A stretch of DNA of 64,000 nucleotides from Blepharisma stoltei ATCC 30299 (taxonomy: Eukaryota; Protista; Ciliophora): assembly GCA_965603825.1 (NCBI GenBank), contig CBFDEM010000024.1, forward strand, positions 496,001 to 560,000, written 5' to 3'. The notes under the pieces are model-generated. The model did not search any database and had not been told where the DNA came from. It saw only the letters and a program-made list of their open reading frames with translations. Within the stretch, counting starts at the first letter, position 1; every line of letters starts with the position of its first letter. Made by a program: the position numbers and the translations under genes. Shown here piece after piece: positions 22,278-35,284 of the stretch.

Positions 22278-25200
22278 TTAAAAATCTGCTATTTTGATTG
22301 CTTTTTCTGGTTTAGCTTTTCTCGGCGCTTTCTTTCCGTCTCCATTCTGTCTTTTTCTATATTCCTCTTTTAATACCTGATCAACTTCACAGCTAAAATC
22401 ATCAACCCCCATAGGATCATCTCCGTTGAATTTTACGGTAATTAAGTCTCCTTCTTTGAGTAGAACAGGAGCTTTTTTCAAATTATAAATACCAACTCCT
22501 GATTTGTTATTTTTCACATTAACTAATGATCCTCTTTCATTAACACTTCTTTCGTCTTTTATAATTTCCCAGTCAAAACTATGAGACTTATATTTCGCCA
22601 ATGTAATTTCTGCCATTCCCCAGGGCTTATCCAAAATACTTAAAGCCCAAGTATACAAATGATCAACATTTGGTGCTGGCCCAAAATCAAAAATTCCTTC
22701 TTTTAAGTTTATTCTTGATTTTTCAGCAACATTTCTTTCACATATATAAAGAAGCATTGCATGAACAGACAAAGATTCAGGCTCAGGAAGGACTTGGACA
22801 ACTAAATTGTATCCAAATGAAATATTTTGACTTTTAATTGATTTTTTGTCTTCTCTAAAAACTTTTCCAAATCATAGTGTTTTTGTCCTTTCTCTCAGTC
22901 TTAAATGCATAGGTGTTAAATTTTCGTTAAAAATCTTGGGGAGTTGGAACAAAGCAGATTTCAGCTGTAAAAGCGTGGAATCTTCAGAAATCGAAACTTC
23001 TTCTAAAAATTCGCAGCTGTCAGGGAGGCCTGTTTGAGTTAGAAATACAAAAATTTTCACAGTTTCAGTAGCCAGAACTGTATCTGATGGTTTAACTATG
23101 AGTAAATCTCCATCGCGTATGACTGCTTTGGTTAAAGTTTGGTTTTCATTTTTCAGCACTGAAATAGGCTCCTTTAGCCAGTCTGTCCTATATAATTTAT
23201 AATTATTCATATCAATGCCTAGAGTTTCTCCAATTCTAGGCTTAAGATCAACAATTTTTTCATTGGGCTCACAAAATACATCTTTTGGGGCTTCATTTTG
23301 CTCTAATGAAACTCTTAATACAATTTGGCCCATAGATGGAGGCACTCCTCTTTCCACACATATCCTATATCCTCCTTCTTCAAACTCTGGGACTGTTTTC
23401 AGTTTATTATTAATTTCCTCCTTATAAAAATACGTGCCTTCGTTGAGTTTCTTAAGTCTGATTGGTGTGTCAATTTTATATAAGTTTTTGAGCTCATCAG
23501 CAAGGTTTTTTACTTTTCACTTAATCGGGACAAGGTGTTGGATGACGTTACTTAAATCGTTTTCATCTGCAGCAAGAATTGTTACCATTCCTGTGTTTTG
23601 AGGTTCTTGAGGTTTTTGCTCAATTTCTGGGAATTCTTCTTCTTTCATGTTAACTGACAGTTGTACAGAATGATAAAATTTTAGCTCAGATAAAGTCTTA
23701 TCCATATTTATAGGCAAGAGCTCTTTTGTGTCGCCTTGGCTTTTAATAATTTTCAGCCCTTGACAATTTGGAGGAATTCCTGAAATTTCCATAATTTTAA
23801 GCGATAAATGTTCAAGTGTCCATCCTTTATTAACTGAAACCATACTTTTTTCTCCTAAAATGTTACAGTTTATACTAATAGGCTCAAAATCTTCTCCTAT
23901 GTAGCTTAATGCATCTTTTAGTAATTCATTGCCAGGATTTTTCGGAGCAATAACCAAACAAATTTTATGATAAAATTTTGCATCATTCAGCAAAACTGAC
24001 TCATCAATTCCTTCAATTTTTCTAATAAGATGAGCATATTTATTAGACAGTGGCTTTGCTTCAATTAGTTGATAATCCTCTAAATTACTGATTTTATTTT
24101 TAATGGCATTTAACAAATCTCCAACAGTGTCTGTGATTTTAATTCTGATAGGAATTCCTTGGTCAATTGATTTTTCAGATAAAAAATATTTTAAAAGTCC
24201 ATCAGAGTATTCAAATAAACTTATGTCTTGGAGCTGGACTTCTATTCAGTTTTTCAATTCTTCGTATTCTTCTCTGTGCTTAGAATATCCATCATTCAAA
24301 CTTTTGATTGGAGCTTTCCAATAGCTAGGAATTTCGGTAATGCCGAGATTTTGGTTTAAATTTACATTTCTATATATAAGCATATAGCCAGTTTCTCCAG
24401 AACCGCCAAACTGCTTAACTAACTTTCCTGATTTAATTGGAAGCACTACAGAGTCATTAAAATCATACCAATTTTGTAATAATTCTGGATTGCTACAAGA
24501 AAATGGGAAGTCTTGATTGTCAAAAGTTTCAGTTTTTTTTACTTCTTCTTGCTGCTCCTGAGTTGGTTTTTCCACGTTTTTCTTTTTTTTGTTTCTTTTC
24601 CGCTTCTTCCTATTGGGTTCGCTGTTGTCTTCATTATCATCATTCGCATTAGAATTATCATTTGATACTACTTCAGGCGCTATTTCTGCTATTGGCTCAC
24701 TTGAAGATTCAACTGGGATCCACGTGCCAGTCCTCAACAAATCTCTAATATAAGCATGATAATGCCCAGAATAAGCAGTGCCTCCATGAATGATCACAGC
24801 AAAAAGTTCATACTTAGTCGGCTCTCCCACAATTTCTGATAAATCCAACTCAAGCTGATATTCATAATTTTTTGTTAATTTTATTCTTTCATATGTTTTC
24901 ATATCATACTCAAATCTGCACAGCGAAAAAGTTAAAATCGGTGGCAGCTGCTTAATTTTTGTGCATATTTCAGCATCTACCTTCTTACCACAAGTTTCGC
25001 AAAAGTATTGATTTTTCCCATCAAGTTTGCTTTTAGCCTGCAAATATTGTAAACTTTCATATATATTTGAGCAGTTTTTAATGTTCAATGAAATATCGTC
25101 AAATGCCTCTTCTCTTTCCCTTACTATCCCACAGTTTGTGCAAAGAGTTTCATTAACATAAAGTCCTCTGTATAATTTTCCGATTAAATCATTGTATAAG

Positions 25201-25682
25201 GTATCTTGCAAAGCTCTATCAATAGCATCGAATAAAACTCGGTTTAGTTCTTGGACATCATGCTGCTGGACAACTTCTTCCCCTGTCCAATGAAAACTGT
25301 CAGTCAAATTGCGGGTGGATAAGCTATTTTCATTGACTTCTTGAAGTTTTACAAATAATTCTTGTAAAGCCATAAGGATTTCGCGTTTCTGGCCTTCTGG
25401 TAGCCAGGAAGAGTAGCTGTTTAAGGTGTTTTCACAGAGAGGAAGGCTGAGAATTGCTGAACGAAGCTCTGGGGTCATGAACATCGCTTGGATCAAGGAG
25501 TTCAAGTAGCAAGTTGCACCTCTAAATAGGGATTACTGATTAAAAAGTCCTACAAAGCCTGAAGATTGGCGAGGCTGAGGAGGTTTTTCAATATCTCCAG
25601 CGAGACTTGAAAATTTGGCTTGTTCAGATGTAAGAGTTCCATAGTCTTCATCACCTTCTTCAAGGAAGAGATCACCTATCAT
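22278..25682 (-). CDS. Ubiquitin-specific protease, USP40-like (~1130 aa)
   Basis: MIGDLF N-terminus, GLFNQ|GATCYLNS restored by intron 25522-25536, QHDVQE and GHYHAYI. Four ORF pieces join via TGA at 24246, 23517 and 22872. Confidence 0.9.
25522..25536 (-). other. 15-nt spliceosomal intron (representative)
   Basis: GTAATCCCTATTTAG. Removal restores the USP Cys box NQGATCY. Confidence 0.92.
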
Positions 25683-26053
25683 ATTTAGTTAATGTCAGAT
25701 TATCACAGGTTCATATATTAAATTATTAAAAAATCTATCTATTAATAAACTGTTCTAAACTACTTATGGTATGTATTGTATGTATATGCAAACCTTCTAT
25801 TTAATCATAATAGTAATTTTAGACTTCCTCATGCTTTTATTTATTTTATAGTTATTCAATATATGTCGAGTAGTAATAAATTCAAAATTAATAATAAAAA
25901 CCTTTGATTTCTTGCGAGTTTCATAACAATTTTCATTTTAATACACAATTTTGAAGTTTCTGAACTCTTTTTTATGATTTCAGTAGCGTTATCATTCTGA
26001 TAAGAGTTTATAATAAAAGATATAAATGGCAATTAATGGCTATTATAATCATT

Positions 26054-27061
26054 ATGGCTAATTTACCCGATCGCGAAAATATTATAGAAAAAATATTGCT
26101 CGGCCCTCAGCTTGGTGTGGTGCTTTATTCAGTCTTAGATCTCAATATTCCTCAAATTCTTGAGTCTGGACCTAAAACATCTGAAGAAATATCTCAAATA
26201 GTGCATACAGTCCCTGAAAAACTGCATCGAGTTTTATTGGCTTTAGAAACTGAAGATATATTTCGCTTCAACCCACAAACAAATCAATTTTCTAATTCAC
26301 AAACTTCACGCTTATTTTTAAATGAAAATTATGCAGGCTGCGCAAAAATGTGTTTGCTCCCATTTCGCTATGAATTATTGACAGCTTTTCCAGAATCCTT
26401 AAGAACCACAACATCTTTACCTGAAATTAAATACAAAAAAAGTTACCTGCAGTATCTCATAACAAATCCAGAAAATATGGATAAATATCTTGAAGGCGCA
26501 AAATTTCACGTGAAGTACACTTGCCCAGACTTGGTGAGAGCTATAAACTTATCAGACATTAATAGAGTTTTAGATGTAGGCGGATATGATGGAACACTAT
26601 TAATTGAACTTTCAAAAGTATACCCACAAATAACAGGAGCTGTTTATAATGAAACTCATTTCAGACCTATTGCAACAAAGAAAATCGAAGAAGAACTGCT
26701 GTCAAACAGACTTAAGGCTTTAGCAGGAAATTATATTGATGCAGTTCCAGAAGGGTATGAATGCATAATTTTGGAAAATGTTTTGAGGACTTTTCCTGAC
26801 AATGTAGTCGTTTCTATTCTCACGAACTGCAAGAAAGCCTTGATTTCTGGAAACAAGCTATACTGCGTTGATTATATTTTAGACAAAAATCATCAGACAT
26901 ACCAATTTGAAAGAATTCTTGATATAAGAGTTTTAGGCCTCAATAATGGGAAAGTTAGAAGCAGAGACGAAATTCAAGCAATTTTTGAAAGAGCTGGGCT
27001 GAGAATTACAAATTTCATTCCTGCTGTGAAGCAGTGGGTGATTGAGTCTCATGCTATGTAA
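26054..27061 (+). CDS. Second class II O-methyltransferase-fold protein
   Basis: Winged-helix N-terminus, VLDVGGYDG and GKVRS. Clearly paralogous to 1761..2801 (shared GPQL motif). Confidence 0.85.
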   Translation: MANLPDRENIIEKILLGPQLGVVLYSVLDLNIPQILESGPKTSEEISQIVHTVPEKLHRVLLALETEDIFRFNPQTNQFSNSQTSRLFLNENYAGCAKMCLLPFRYELLTAFPESLRTTTSLPEIKYKKSYLQYLITNPENMDKYLEGAKFHVKYTCPDLVRAINLSDINRVLDVGGYDGTLLIELSKVYPQITGAVYNETHFRPIATKKIEEELLSNRLKALAGNYIDAVPEGYECIILENVLRTFPDNVVVSILTNCKKALISGNKLYCVDYILDKNHQTYQFERILDIRVLGLNNGKVRSRDEIQAIFERAGLRITNFIPAVKQWVIESHAM

Positions 27062-27376
27062 TTTATTTATTTTCAAATAATAGGATTATAATAAGATCAA
27101 CGTAATTAATCTTTTCAAAAATTGGCTTGTACGAGTTATTTAGATATTGGTTGCTTTTAAGTTTTATTTTATTTTTCAATTGCATATGCCATTCAATCAT
27201 TTAAATATCTCAAGATAAATATAATTGGTCTAATAGAATTCCTGGAATTGCGAAAGAATGCAATTCAGCCTGCTTAAAGAAAATATTTTTATCCTTTCAT
27301 AAGGAGTATTTGTTCTTTTGAAAAGCATATTTATTAGTATAAAATTTCTATTGACATGTAATAGTATTTATCTGAA

Positions 27377-28315
27377 ATGACATTCAGCTCAGAAGAAAAA
27401 GAAATATTGTATTACGTCGAGATATCTTCTGCTATTCCAAGTTTTTTAGGCACTAGTTTTATATGCTTAGCTTATATCTATTTCAAAGAGCTTCGAGGAT
27501 TTACATTTCGATTAGTCGTCTACCTTGCCATAGCAGACATGTTTACAGCTCTTTCATTTGCTGTCCCGCATTATCTCAGTCAAGAACTTTGCTTAATCCA
27601 AGCTTTGGTTTTGAATTATTCCTCATTAGCCAGTGTTTTATGAACCAGCGTCATTGCATTCACTCTATACCGAGGTGTTGTAAACGAAGAAATGGAGCTT
27701 GAAGGCTCAGAAATTAACTGCATATTCTTTGCATGGGGAATTCCTTTGCTGTTAGAGTTTCTTCCTTTTATAACAGAAAGCTATGGATATGCTGAAGGCT
27801 GATGCTGGATAAAAATCCAGAACTTAGAAAGTGACATAAACTTTCAGTCAGCGACATACAGATATGGGATGATTTGAAGAATGGTAACATATTATATTCC
27901 TTTATGAATTGTGATAATTTACAATTGTTTAGTATATTGAAAAGTTACTAACAGAGTCATGGAAACTATGGATGATGTTTCAAGTGATAACAGGACACGA
28001 CATTTAATTCTCAATAGGCTTAGGCTTTATCCATTTATTTTGGTATTTTGCCAAGTGCCAGTCACAATACACAGAATTTATGCATTTTTTGATTATAATG
28101 AACTTGCGATGTTTATTTTGGCAATTTGTGCAGGATTTTTTCTATTAATTAATGGGTTTTTAAACGCTTTTGTGTATGGGTTTACTGATAGTGTTAAACA
28201 AAGCATTAGGAAAAGATTGTACCCTGAAGAATTTGTTCAAATAAGAAACGCAAATACTCTCTTTGGGTCTGTAGAAAGCCAATCAGCGTTATTTCTCGGC
28301 TCAACATTAATGTAA
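27377..28315 (+). CDS. cAMP-receptor-like (Dicty_CAR/GCR1-type) 7TM GPCR
   Basis: LVVYLAIAD, LCLIQA, ASVLWT, GWCWI, RLRLYP and NGFLNAFVYG motifs. Five in-frame TGA (27641, 27800, 27875, 27905, 27938). Confidence 0.88.
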
Positions 28316-28406
28316 ATTAAAAATGCTTGAATAACTCATTAATTTGAAATCTCCACAGCCACTTTTATCTAAGCATTAAGCTTAAATATATATATTAAAT
28401 TAGATA

Positions 28407-28880
28407 ATGAATGCCAAAAAGCCAGTTTATGAAGATGAAGATGATCCATATCTAATTGATCCTGCTAAGCTTCCAAAAATTCGTGAAGGCGAAATTGTTG
28501 ACTTGAATGAAAAGGAAGAATCTTCAATGTCCTCATTTCCTCAGCAACCTTCAAACTCAACTCCTATCTCTACAACTGAAGAGCCTTTAGCGACAGCTCA
28601 GCCACAGAATAAATTTATTTCTTCTTCCCCAGGCCAGCAAGAAGAAACAAAAAGTTCACCTGCTCAGTCAGGAGTAGTTTCTTCAGCACCAAAGCAAACA
28701 ACAGAGACTAAACCGCAAGACAACAAACAGCAGTCTTCTACAACCCACTATGAGCAAAAGGGGAAAATGGAAACTCTTGATATACTTGAAAGCGGTGATA
28801 GGAAAGGGATTAAAAAAGCTACAGGCGAAGACGAAAGAATGGGAGAACAAACATGTAGGCAGAAGTGCAGTTTGCTTTAA
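28407..28880 (+). CDS. Low-complexity protein with C-terminal CaaX (CSLL)
   Basis: 157-aa ORF ending CRQKCSLL. Confidence 0.7.
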   Translation: MNAKKPVYEDEDDPYLIDPAKLPKIREGEIVDLNEKEESSMSSFPQQPSNSTPISTTEEPLATAQPQNKFISSSPGQQEETKSSPAQSGVVSSAPKQTTETKPQDNKQQSSTTHYEQKGKMETLDILESGDRKGIKKATGEDERMGEQTCRQKCSLL

Positions 28881-29045
28881 TAAATAAAGAAGCATAAAGT
28901 TTATTGTGAAGCTAATAAGAATTCTATAATTAGGTGATATAAAATAAGCTAAAAGTCACTAATTTTAGATTAGCCAAGATATAAGAGAATAATATATAAA
29001 GCTTAGGCTAGATATAAATCCTATAAATATAAGTTTATATACTAA

Positions 29046-29420
29046 TTAATTACTTCTCAAATCATTACCTTCTACCAGCTTGCTTACAGCTGATGCTACT
29101 TGATTCATATCGTTTTCAATAATTTCTGCCCAATTTACAATATCCCCTACTTGTTTTAAAGCATCATTTAATTGATCATACATTGTGATTCATTTTTTAG
29201 TCTGAGTTGCTAGTTTCGTAGATTCTTGTCTGAATTGTTTTGTCTGGACTTCGATTTGTTTTTGATTCTCATGCAGTGCTTCTACTTGGGAATTTAAAGA
29301 ATTTAATATATGGGTGGATAGAGATCCTGATAGTTTATTTAATTCTTGTCTTGCTTGAGAGGATCGGTATTTTAACTCTGCTCTTCTTTGGTCGTATTCT
29401 TTGGTGATCTCTGTAAACAT
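29046..29420 (-). CDS. BLOC1S1: BLOC-1 subunit 1 (GCN5L1)
   Basis: NQKQIE...QTKKW(TGA 29190-29192)...NDALKQVGDIVNWAEIIENDM. Confidence 0.88.
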
Positions 29421-29544
29421 AATTATTAAATAATTATTTTTGTAATGAGAAATCTGCTGGATGAAGGCATATTTATTCATAAAAATTTTGATGAAATCGG
29501 GACTTATAAGAAGAAAAAGCTTATTGCACAGAAATTGTTGAAAA

Positions 29545-29907
29545 TTAATTCTTTTTACTAATCAAATGATCTTTTGCTCCCATAGCTTTGCATTGTAAAT
29601 AAAGTGAGCCTCCTTTTTCTGGATTATTTTTCTCATACAGTCTGCTGAAGCTTTCTTCAATTTCTGCCTTGGTCGGATTGCTCTTTATATTAAGAATTTT
29701 CAAAGCTTCTTCTCTTGTCATTGGATTCTGAAAGTTAATTTTAGAGGCTGATGTTTTTGATAGCATTTCTTCAAATATTTTTTGTGGCTGATACCCAGAT
29801 TCTAAATAAATCTTACTTTCTAAAGCTCTAACAGTGGCTACTATGAATGTTTTTGCATATTTCACCCCATATGTCATTATTAGGCTTCTTAAAATTGGAC
29901 CCCACAT
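29545..29907 (-). CDS. PAM16: Mitochondrial import motor subunit Pam16/Tim16
   Basis: MTREEALKILNI...NNPEKGGSLYLQCK. Probable in-frame intron 29802-29816. Confidence 0.85.
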   Translation of the reverse strand: MWGPILRSLIMTYGVKYAKTFIVATVRALESKIYLESGYQPQKIFEEMLSKTSASKINFQNPMTREEALKILNIKSNPTKAEIEESFSRLYEKNNPEKGGSLYLQCKAMGAKDHLISKKN

Positions 29908-29951
29908 CTAAAAATTTATATAATTCATGTCATTTTATTAATTAATATTTT

Positions 29952-30989
29952 TTATAATTTTATCCTTCTTTGTATCCGCAGGGCTTTTGGAGAGTCATTT
30001 GGACCTTTCGGAGGTAATGGAAAATGCGCATAGTTTCTTGGCTTATTACCACCACTAGTGCTCGTACTTCTTAAAACAGCATTATGATCATGAGGATCTG
30101 GAAGCTTAAGTTTATTTAAAATATGCTTTGGTTTTATAATATCAAATTCCATACGAGTCTTGCAAGCAACAGGAGTGTGAGATCTAGTTCTTGGCTGCTT
30201 CTCTGCAGCAGGGACTTCGACATTGATTCTGCTGCGAATCCTTGCAGTCCCCACAGAATTTGCTGGGATCTCGGTGCTTGATCTATTTCTTGTTTGCTGG
30301 ATATTATCAGGCTGAGATGTTTCTGTTTTAGATCTGCTTCTAGTTTGAATTGGACTGTCAGGGTCAAACATATTAATCTCTGCAACTTGTTGTTTTTCTT
30401 GATTTATTGAGCCTAAATGTTTTCTATTTGTGCCTACTTTTTTTAAAGTAGTTATTGATCTTTCCCTACAAGTATTCAAAAAATTCACTCTTGGTGAAAC
30501 AGTTGATTTTTGAGCAGGGCTGATAGTTTTTGCTTTTTTCATGCTAGTTTTGGTTGGCTCAGCCCCTATTGTCATACTTTTGTTATCATGATGGGAAATG
30601 CAAATTTTAGTTTTCTTTGCAATAGCTTCTGGAGGAAGTCTTGTAGCTAATTCTTCGCCAGTTTTCAGGTCTGTGATATTCCCATTTATATCAATCCGAG
30701 CTATGTAATTATTTGATGTTGGCTTCAATTGTCCATCTATTCGTAAATCTTGAAACTAATTGGGATTTACTTCTTGAGCAATGCTTGCAAGTTCTTGCAA
30801 GGCATTGTTTGCCCGAATGTCTTTATTAGTGTTTGGGTTATCTTTTTTGTTGTTTGTATACTGATTAAGGATTACCTCAATAACTTCTGTGAAATTATTA
30901 AATGTTACTTTGGATGAGGAAAGAGAAAGAGAGTCGGTAAATGATTCAAGAACCAAAATATATCGACTTTTTTCATTTTCAGCTTTCAT
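29952..30989 (-). CDS. Hypothetical protein with basic low-complexity tail
   Basis: Two ORFs joined by intron 30756-30770 (GTAAATCCCAATTAG). Confidence 0.75.
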
Positions 30990-31252
30990 TTTATTAAAAT
31001 TAATTCAGGCTAATAATAAGGCTCCAAATCTCTTGTTTAAAGCTAATCATCAGTACAATAGTTGTTGATGGATTTAAAAGATAATTTATATGATAATGCT
31101 AATAATATATAAAATTATATAAAATCTGTTTTTTGATGATATTTTTAGCTTTATCTTATACTTAATAAATGCAACAATTTTAAATAAAATCCATATATTA
31201 AAAAAGAACTTGGTATCACTAAAGTATATTAAAAAATAGATTAAAAACGTAT

Positions 31253-33583
31253 TTAAACCAAATACTTGCTCATATTTACTTTCATTGGAGTTGCTACTTT
31301 ATTCAGTTCATCTTTCATATTATTCAGCCACATTCCATGCCTAGAAAATATATCTCTCATATTTTCTCTGTTTTTAGCATGCACATTTAATTGCTGCTGA
31401 TAGACCCTAGCATTATTATAGTGTCATGGCTGTCTTACATGATATGCCCATTTATTCTGCGTAATATCACCTGTAATATCATAGCTTTCTCCTTTATTTC
31501 TCCAGGATTCTAAAATTTTTTCTTCATCCCCGCTGCTTAATTCTTCCTTCATCAATTGGTCTTCATACAAGTTTTCTTCCATTTCTTTTTCCTTTATTCT
31601 TTCTTCAGCAATTCTTATTTCTTTTACTTTTTCATTATGTTTAGCTATCTGTTTCTCAAGAATCGTTTTTACAGTAGCAAGCTCTTTTCTTCGCTTTTCA
31701 TTTGGATTCATTTTATATTCTTTGATGTCCCTTCTCCATTTCATTTGATCCATTTCTAGCATTTTTTGGATTTCTTTGGCTTCTTTTCGCTTTATTAATA
31801 AATTTTGCTTAAGATGTTTAAGCTCTTCTAAGCTTCTGCTTGAGGCAGGCTTCCTTTGCATGTTGGGGTCTGCTGAACTTCTTCTTTGGCGAATAAAAAG
31901 TTCTTTAAGAGACTCTAATTCTTTTTCAAGTTTTTCGATTCTTGAAGGATTATGGTCTTTTAGCTTTAAAAGTTCATGGTCTCGCTCTATAATTTGTTTG
32001 GTTAAATCTTGAATTACAGCAGTTTCTATATGAGATCCTTTTCCGCATAAGTCTTCAGCTTCAGATGCAGCTCTTCTAGCTTCCATTTCTAGCCTGATTT
32101 TTTCTTCTTTCAAGTTTTTAATTTTTTCTTCTTTCATAAATAGCTGATTCTGTGACACCGCTATATCTCTTTGCAAAAGTTTTAATTTTTCTTCATAAAT
32201 ATTCTTCGTCTCATCAAAACTATCAAAACTATAAGAAAATTGCTTTTCTTCAGTTTCTAATAAGTTGCTGTACTTATTTTCAATTTCTTTTACTTGTTGT
32301 CTGTACTCTATTTCTTTTCTCTTCTTATAATCTGTAATATTGTCGGCTTTTTGTTTAGTGAGTCTAATTTCAGCTTGGGTTTTTTCATTATCATAATTAC
32401 TGTCTTTATTTTGCCGCTTATTTCTTTCTTTAGCTTCTTTCAGTTCTCTTTCACGAATTAAATTATACTGTAATTCATTTTTAAACCCAGAAAGCTTTTG
32501 CTGGAATTCTATCAGTTCGTCTTGTTCAACTTTTTTTAATAAAGATTTCTCTTCAGGCGAAAGATCGTTTCCATTCTCTTCTTTAGTTTCTTTAAGTTGC
32601 CATTCGTAGTCTTTTTCTAATTTTTTAATTTCTCTATTTAATTGGTCTTCAGAGTCTGCCCTTAATCTTTCAATTTTCTTTTTATATCTTCCTTCAAGGT
32701 CTTCTTGTTCTTTTAATTGCCATTCAATTTTCCCTTTATTTATTTCCACTTGTTCTTTTAAATTTTCAATTTCATTTCTGATATTTATTTCAATTTTCTT
32801 TATTTCCTCTTCATTTTCAAGTTTTAATTTTTGAAGAATTTTTTGTTTATTTTCTTCAAATTCTGTTTTATAATTTCTTTTTAAGTCTTCTAGTTTATCA
32901 ATCGTCTCTCTATTTTCTTTTGCAATTTTTTCTTTTTCAATCCTCTGCATTTCTTTTCGGACGATTTCTTTTTTATTTTCAATTTTCTGCTCAAAATCAA
33001 GTCTAGCCTTTTGCTCTTCGATCTTATTCACTTTTTCTGCATCTCCTTCTAATTTATCAAGCTCTTCATCCATTTTACGTTTGATTTCCCTTTTCTTTTC
33101 ATCGTATTCTTGTCTCATTTTATCGACTTCTTCTGCAAATGACTCTTCTAGCTCTTGCTTCCTATTAGCGAATTCTCCTAATTCTGGGGATTTGCCTAAT
33201 GGGGACTTTTTTAGTGGGCTTATTCGGTTTAATTTTTCAGCATCAGAGGTATTAGAATTTTTTGGCTTTTTTGTGTTGCTTTGATTTTGCTTAGTTTTGG
33301 CTTGCTTAGCTTCTCTTACTAGCTGCTTATAATGCCCGTCACATGGATGCTCCCATTCACTTTGGCCGGTTTCGAAGTTGAAATAATAAATATCGCCTTC
33401 ACGAGTTTTGCAAGGCTTCCATTGCTGAGGAAGAGGAGCTTTCAAACCTTCCCGAGCTATGTATAGCAAATCTTCATCATCTGGAAGAGTCAGACCAAGC
33501 CAGATGCCGTATTCGATTATTTCTTCTTCTGTTGGCTCGTAATTTTCATCGATCTCTTCTTCTAATATAACGCTGTTCTCCAT
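31253..33583 (-). CDS. CEP164-like WW-domain coiled-coil basal-body protein
   Basis: LEEEIDENYEPTEEEIIEY...IAREGLKAPLP..WKPC..IYYFNFETGQSEWEHP. Extends past TGA 31424-31426. Confidence 0.85.
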
Positions 33584-34218
33584 TTCAAATAATTTATTAA
33601 TAGCTGAGCGGGTTTTAAGTAAGGAAGATTGCTAAAGAAGCTTAACACTAAAAGCAATTATTTTTAAAAAAAAATCAATCATAAATAGATTTGCAGTATC
33701 AAAATTGATTATATAAACATTATTATGGTAATGAGGAAATTTTTGGAGTTTAGATCTTTATTCGGTAATTTAAATCCAAATGCATTACTATTATAATTAG
33801 CACAAACATATTTCAAGATAATTATAGGTAGAGCCATTTATCTTAGGCACTTATTACAGATTAATCCATATATAAATGCTTTTCATTTTTGTTTATTAAA
33901 AATTGTAAACAGCACAATAAGCTGTGCTTATATTTTCACCTCTGACAAGACATAAAAGGCTACTACTAAAAAGTCAAGGATTCTCACTTAAATCTATTTT
34001 ACCTTATCAGAAGCAAATAGTGATTAATGCAATTACCTGGAATTTCTTATTAAATAATTTGATAATAATGATTTATCCTTTTAAAGCTTATAAATATATA
34101 ATTTAGTATTTTTAATAATATCTTCTCCAAAACAATAAAAAATTATAACTTCAAATATGTACATGAGGGTAGAATTAATTTATTTCATTTAAATTTCCAT
34201 ATTTTATTTTAACGACTT

Positions 34219-35247
34219 ATGCTCTGCCAAGAATCCAAAAAGCTGTTAGGTGAATTTCTATTAGCAATTGCTGATAAAGAGTCTGAATCAGAAAAACTTA
34301 AAGAATCATTGGAAATCACAAAATATATTGACCCAGAAGAGCTCTTTCTAAGACTTGACTCTATAGGCTATGGCTATTTGCGACCTTCAGATATTCTACA
34401 TATTTGCTCTCTTCTCCAAATTGCCACTTCTGAAGGAGAGTGCAAAGGACTTCTCAGGTTTTTTGATTATGACTCTGATAGTAGATTAGGATTTTTAGAG
34501 TTTCTTGATATCATTTTACCTAGGAATAACGATTCAAGGGCTTATCTCTTAGAAAAAATTGAAAAATCAATAATTTTTAACAGTGAAGTCGATTTCAAAC
34601 TTAAAAAAATCCTTGAGCATGAAATTGGTATAGTAAAAATGATTGAAAGATATAAGAGGCAGTTAGAAAAATTTGATGGATTTAATGTCATTCGAGCTTA
34701 TGGAGAAATTAAAAAAAGTCATAATGATTTAGCAGATTTGGCAATTGTGGAGTTTTTTCAAAGCATTGGAATAGAAATTTCTTTAAAAGACGTAGAAAAT
34801 ATAATATCAAGAATTGATAAAGATAAAGACGGAAAAATTGGATATTCAGAATTTGTAGGAATGTTTAGTAATTTTCACGAAAAAACAAATAATGACCGTT
34901 CAATAACGCCAATTAGAAGTACAAAAATAATTACACCTCTAAAGCCAATATATGCAGATAGAAGCCCAATATCTGAACTTAGAGGCCTAGGGACAAATAG
35001 AAGCCAGATATCTGAACTTAGAAGCCTAGGTACAAATAGAAGCAATTCAAGGACACCCTTAAAAAATAAAGCATCTTTAGAGAACTCTCGTCTAGAATAC
35101 TCAAATATCCCATTGAGAAAATCTGCTGTTTTAAACAGAAGCAATTCCAAAACACCTTTAAAAACTAGAACAGCTATAGAGAATTCTCGATTCGAATATT
35201 CAAATATTCCATTGAGAAAATCAGCTGTTTTATACAGAAATATTTAA
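34219..35247 (+). CDS. EF-hand protein with repetitive basic C-terminus
   Basis: DYDSDSRLGFLEF and DKDKDGKIGYSEF loops. Confidence 0.8.
   Translation: MLCQESKKLLGEFLLAIADKESESEKLKESLEITKYIDPEELFLRLDSIGYGYLRPSDILHICSLLQIATSEGECKGLLRFFDYDSDSRLGFLEFLDIILPRNNDSRAYLLEKIEKSIIFNSEVDFKLKKILEHEIGIVKMIERYKRQLEKFDGFNVIRAYGEIKKSHNDLADLAIVEFFQSIGIEISLKDVENIISRIDKDKDGKIGYSEFVGMFSNFHEKTNNDRSITPIRSTKIITPLKPIYADRSPISELRGLGTNRSQISELRSLGTNRSNSRTPLKNKASLENSRLEYSNIPLRKSAVLNRSNSKTPLKTRTAIENSRFEYSNIPLRKSAVLYRNI
34957..35240 (+). repeat. Coding repeats: two 39-nt units followed by two 99-nt units
   Basis: Units start at 34957 and 34996, then 35035 and 35134. Confidence 0.85.
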
Positions 35248-35284
35248 AATATTAATCAATATTATTTAAATATTAATTAAAAAA

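Noticed and set aside
31265-31279. GTAAATATGAGCAAG as an extra 15-nt intron in the CEP164-like gene
   Set aside because: It fits the consensus but is in frame and stop-free, with no homology to decide; not counted.
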